Below, one piece after another: positions 61,094-64,000 of a DNA stretch of 64,000 bases (its first letter is position 1; each line of letters starts with the position of its first letter). Origin of the DNA: Pseudomonadota bacterium (GTDB lineage Bacteria > Pseudomonadota > Gammaproteobacteria > Burkholderiales > JABEVD01); assembly GCA_021835845.1 (NCBI GenBank), contig JAKBJU010000001.1:76908-140907 (forward strand), in the 5' to 3' direction. The notes below the pieces were generated by a model that was not told where the DNA came from, did no database searches, and was given only the letters and a program-made list of their open reading frames with translations. Made by a program: the position numbers and the translations under genes.

Positions 61094-62452
61094 TCAAACT
61101 GCGGCATGACGCACGGCTTCCGCAATCGAATCCGCCCAGTGACTGACGCGCTCGCGGGATTTCCCCTCGACCATGACGCGGATCAGGGGCTCGGTACCGG
61201 AAGCCCTCAACAGCACCCTTCCGGCATCCTCCAGATCCCGCTCTGCCGCACGCTTCGCTTCGAGCACAGGCTCGCTTTTTTCGAATTCGAACCGCTTTGC
61301 CACCCTGACGTTCACCAGAACCTGGGGATAAAGCACGAGATCCTTCGTCAGTTCCGCAAGCGTCGCATTTTCCTGCCGCATGGCCGTGAGCACCTGCAAG
61401 GCAGACACGATCCCGTCTCCGGTTGAATGCCTGTCGAGGCAGATGATGTGCCCTGAGCCTTCCCCCCCGATCTGCCAGTCGTTTTTCTGCAGCATTTCAA
61501 GGACATAGCGGTCCCCGACCCGCGCCCGCTCGAAGGGAATTCCTGATCCTGCGAAGGCATGCTCGACGGCAAGATTGGTCATCAAGGTCCCGACTATGCC
61601 GCCCTTCAACGTGCCGCTTTTCATCCTGTGGCGGGCGAGCACGTACAGCAGCTGATCCCCGTCGTAGACCACCCCCTGGCCGTCTATCATGACCACGCGG
61701 TCGCCGTCCCCGTCGAGAGCAATACCGATGTCGGCCTTCTGCTCGAGCACGGCCCGCTGCAGCGCTTTCGGGTCGGTTGCGCCGCATTCCCGATTGATAT
61801 TCAGCCCGTCCGGGGAAACGCCGATCGCGATGACGTCCGCGCCGAGCTCGTGGAATACAGGCTGCGCGATATGATAGGTCGCGCCATGCGCGCAATCGAC
61901 AACGATGCGCACCCCCCTCAGGTCAAGATCGAAAGGAAAGGTGCTTTTGCAGAATTCGATGTATCGCCCCGCGGCGTCGTTGATCCTTTTGGCCCGCCCG
62001 AGTTGCGCGGATGGCATGGTCCTGATCGGCTCCTCGAGGCCGGCCTCGATTGCCTTTTCCATCTCGTCCGGCAGCTTGCTGCCCGAGTCAGAAAAGAACT
62101 TGATGCCGTTGTCCTCGTAGGGATTGTGGGAAGCGCTGATCACGATCCCCGCCTGGAGGCGCAATGCGCGCGTCAGATAGGCAACCGCCGGAGTCGGGAC
62201 AGGACCTGCGAGAAAAACATCCACGCCTGCGGCCGACAATCCCGCCTGCAGGGCGGACTCCAGGAGATAACCCGAAACCCGCGTATCCTTGCCTATCAGG
62301 ACTGCAGGCCGCCCCCCCTTCGCCAGATGCCAGTCGCGGGACGCCAGCCGCTTTCCAGCGGAATAACCCAGATGCATCACGAATTCCGGAGTGATCGGCA
62401 TTTCCCCGACGCGCCCCCTCACCCCATCCGTGCCGAAATACTTTCTGCTCAT
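61094..62452 (-). CDS. glmM: Phosphoglucosamine mutase
   Basis: YFGTDGVRG and the active-site [14 protein letters not shown]. Confidence 0.95.
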   Translation of the reverse strand: MSRKYFGTDGVRGRVGEMPITPEFVMHLGYSAGKRLASRDWHLAKGGRPAVLIGKDTRVSGYLLESALQAGLSAAGVDVFLAGPVPTPAVAYLTRALRLQAGIVISASHNPYEDNGIKFFSDSGSKLPDEMEKAIEAGLEEPIRTMPSAQLGRAKRINDAAGRYIEFCKSTFPFDLDLRGVRIVVDCAHGATYHIAQPVFHELGADVIAIGVSPDGLNINRECGATDPKALQRAVLEQKADIGIALDGDGDRVVMIDGQGVVYDGDQLLYVLARHRMKSGTLKGGIVGTLMTNLAVEHAFAGSGIPFERARVGDRYVLEMLQKNDWQIGGEGSGHIICLDRHSTGDGIVSALQVLTAMRQENATLAELTKDLVLYPQVLVNVRVAKRFEFEKSEPVLEAKRAAERDLEDAGRVLLRASGTEPLIRVMVEGKSRERVSHWADSIAEAVRHAAV

Positions 62453-63273
62453 GCCGCTTTCCCCTCTACTCGATTGAATACCGAAAGCGCATCCTTCATC
62501 GCCTCGACATCGTGAACCCGCACGATGGAGGCTCCCCTCTCGACCGCCATGAGGGATGCTGCGATGCTGGCGTAGATTCTTTCTCCCACCGGCTTTCCGG
62601 TGATTTCTCCCAGCATGGACTTCCTGGACAACCCTGCAAGAATCGGCAATCCAAGTGTTTTGAAACTTTCCAGATGCCTCAGGAGTTCCAGATTCTGCGC
62701 CAATGTCTTGCCAAATCCGAAGCCGGGATCGATCACCAGACGCTCTCTCGAAATTCCCTTTGCGGCAACTGCCTCGACCCGCTTATCCAGAAACCGGATG
62801 ACATCCGCCAGGACGTCATCATAGCTCGGCGCAAGCTGCATAGTCAGAGGCTCACCCTGCTTGTGCATCAGGCAGACGGCAACCTCGGAATGGGCCAGAA
62901 AATCGGGATCGATGCCCTGCAACGCATTGATGTCGTTGATCAGGGAAGCGCCGACGCCTATCGCTTCCTGCATGACCTCGACCTTGACGGTATCGACAGA
63001 TACCGGAACATCCATTTTGGCAAGCGCCTCGACAACAGGGACCACCCGGTCGAGCTCTTCATCGAGATGGACGGCTCGTGCACCTGGGCGGCTGGATTCA
63101 CCGCCGATGTCGAGAATATCGGCGCCCTGTTCGATGAGACGCATGCCGTATTCAACCGCCGCCTCCCTTGATGCGAATTTCCCGCCGTCCGAGAAGGAAT
63201 CCGGGGTGACATTGACTATCCCCATGATGAGGGGGCGGGAAAGGGAGAAACGGAATTTGCCGCAGATCAGCAT
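62449..63273 (-). CDS. folP: Dihydropteroate synthase
   Basis: [34 protein letters not shown]. Confidence 0.95.
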   Translation of the reverse strand: MLICGKFRFSLSRPLIMGIVNVTPDSFSDGGKFASREAAVEYGMRLIEQGADILDIGGESSRPGARAVHLDEELDRVVPVVEALAKMDVPVSVDTVKVEVMQEAIGVGASLINDINALQGIDPDFLAHSEVAVCLMHKQGEPLTMQLAPSYDDVLADVIRFLDKRVEAVAAKGISRERLVIDPGFGFGKTLAQNLELLRHLESFKTLGLPILAGLSRKSMLGEITGKPVGERIYASIAASLMAVERGASIVRVHDVEAMKDALSVFNRVEGKAA

Positions 63274-63300
63274 GGAAAAAGGGCGCCAAAGCGCCCTGGA

Positions 63301-64000
63301 TCAGACTGCCGCTGCCGGCTTTGCGCTGCTTGCGCTGCTGCCATCCTGAGGCGGCGTTGAAGGGGAGACCGGCGGCGGCTGGGTCGGCTTGGGCGGTCTC
63401 GGCTCCCTGCCTTCCATGATGTCGCTGATTTGATCCGAATCGATCGTCTCCCACTCCAGGAGCGTTTTGGCCATCAGCTCGACCTTGTCGGCATTGTCCT
63501 CGATCAGCTTGCGTGCAAGCCTGTACTGGCTGTCAATGATGCTGTGGATCTCGCTGTCGACCTTCTGCATGGTCGCTTCCGACAGGTTCTTGTGGGTAGT
63601 GACCGAGCGTCCGAGGAACACTTCGCCCTCGTTTTCGCCGTACACCATGGGCCCGAGCGAGTCGCTCATGCCCCATTGCGTCACCATGCGACGGGCAAGG
63701 TCGGTGGCGCGCTCGATGTCATTGCCGGCACCTGTCGTCATCTGCTTCATGAACACTTCCTCCGCGATCCTGCCCCCCATCAGCACGGCAATATTTTCCA
63801 GAATACGGTCCCGGTTCATGCTGTAGCGATCCTCGGAGGGAAGCTGCATCGTGACGCCCAGCGCCCGCCCCCTCGGGATGATCGTGACCTTGTGCACGGG
63901 ATCGGTACCCGGCAGGAGCCTCGCCACGATCGCATGTCCAGCCTCGTGATAGGCGGTATTCCTGCGTTCTTCTTCCGGCATCACCATGGAGCGGCGCTCC
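63301..64000 (-). CDS. ftsH: ATP-dependent zinc metalloprotease FtsH (C-terminal part; 5' end outside the window)
   Basis: The frame stays open to the window end. Contains ..TAYHEAGHAIV (HEXXH) and a Pro/Ser-rich tail. Confidence 0.95.
   Translation of the reverse strand, partial: ERRSMVMPEEERRNTAYHEAGHAIVARLLPGTDPVHKVTIIPRGRALGVTMQLPSEDRYSMNRDRILENIAVLMGGRIAEEVFMKQMTTGAGNDIERATDLARRMVTQWGMSDSLGPMVYGENEGEVFLGRSVTTHKNLSEATMQKVDSEIHSIIDSQYRLARKLIEDNADKVELMAKTLLEWETIDSDQISDIMEGREPRPPKPTQPPPVSPSTPPQDGSSASSAKPAAAV

Overview
This 64-kb window looks like core chromosome of a Betaproteobacterium. The taxon is an inference from synteny: tpiA-secG-tRNA-Leu-nuoA..N, ftsH-folP-glmM, rpsF-priB-rpsR-rplI-dnaB, and hrcA-hemH-grpE-dnaK-dnaJ. 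It is densely coding and almost every large ORF has a recognisable housekeeping identity. Recognised loci include glycogen phosphorylase, cysM, comEC, a P-type ATPase, an emrR-OMF-emrA-emrB efflux operon, and a four-gene Mla/MCE-type lipid-transport operon placed directly behind rmuC. Also present are the S6 ribosomal operon plus dnaB, gltX, dksA, the heat-shock locus, the complete 14-gene nuo operon followed by a NUDIX gene, pstSCAB without phoU, and glmM/folP/ftsH. I read six tRNA genes directly from the sequence: Ala-GGC and Glu-UUC on the plus strand; His-GUG, Arg-UCU, Pro-UGG and Leu-GAG on the minus strand. I see no CRISPR array, rRNA, transposase, integrase, phage genes or recognisable defence system, so I do not claim a novel system here. 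The most unusual items are listed below. (1) A single 918-aa ACP / fatty-acyl-AMP-ligase / membrane acyltransferase fusion. (2) A visibly AT-richer four-gene islet bounded by two tRNA operons, containing a CpxP/Spy-like protein with a Gly/Met/His-rich segment, a putative outer-membrane barrel, a small membrane protein with an A9 tract, and an Est30-like hydrolase whose nucleophile is Cys instead of Ser. (3) A Tat-signal transglutaminase-fold protein whose catalytic Cys is replaced by Ser. (4) An uncharacterised, translationally coupled small-protein pair, one member Cys-rich. (5) Several regulatory hairpins and promoters. Many six-frame ORFs are long antisense shadows of conserved genes and were rejected. 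Several listed ORF starts were trimmed to internal starts that match family N-termini and gene junctions.
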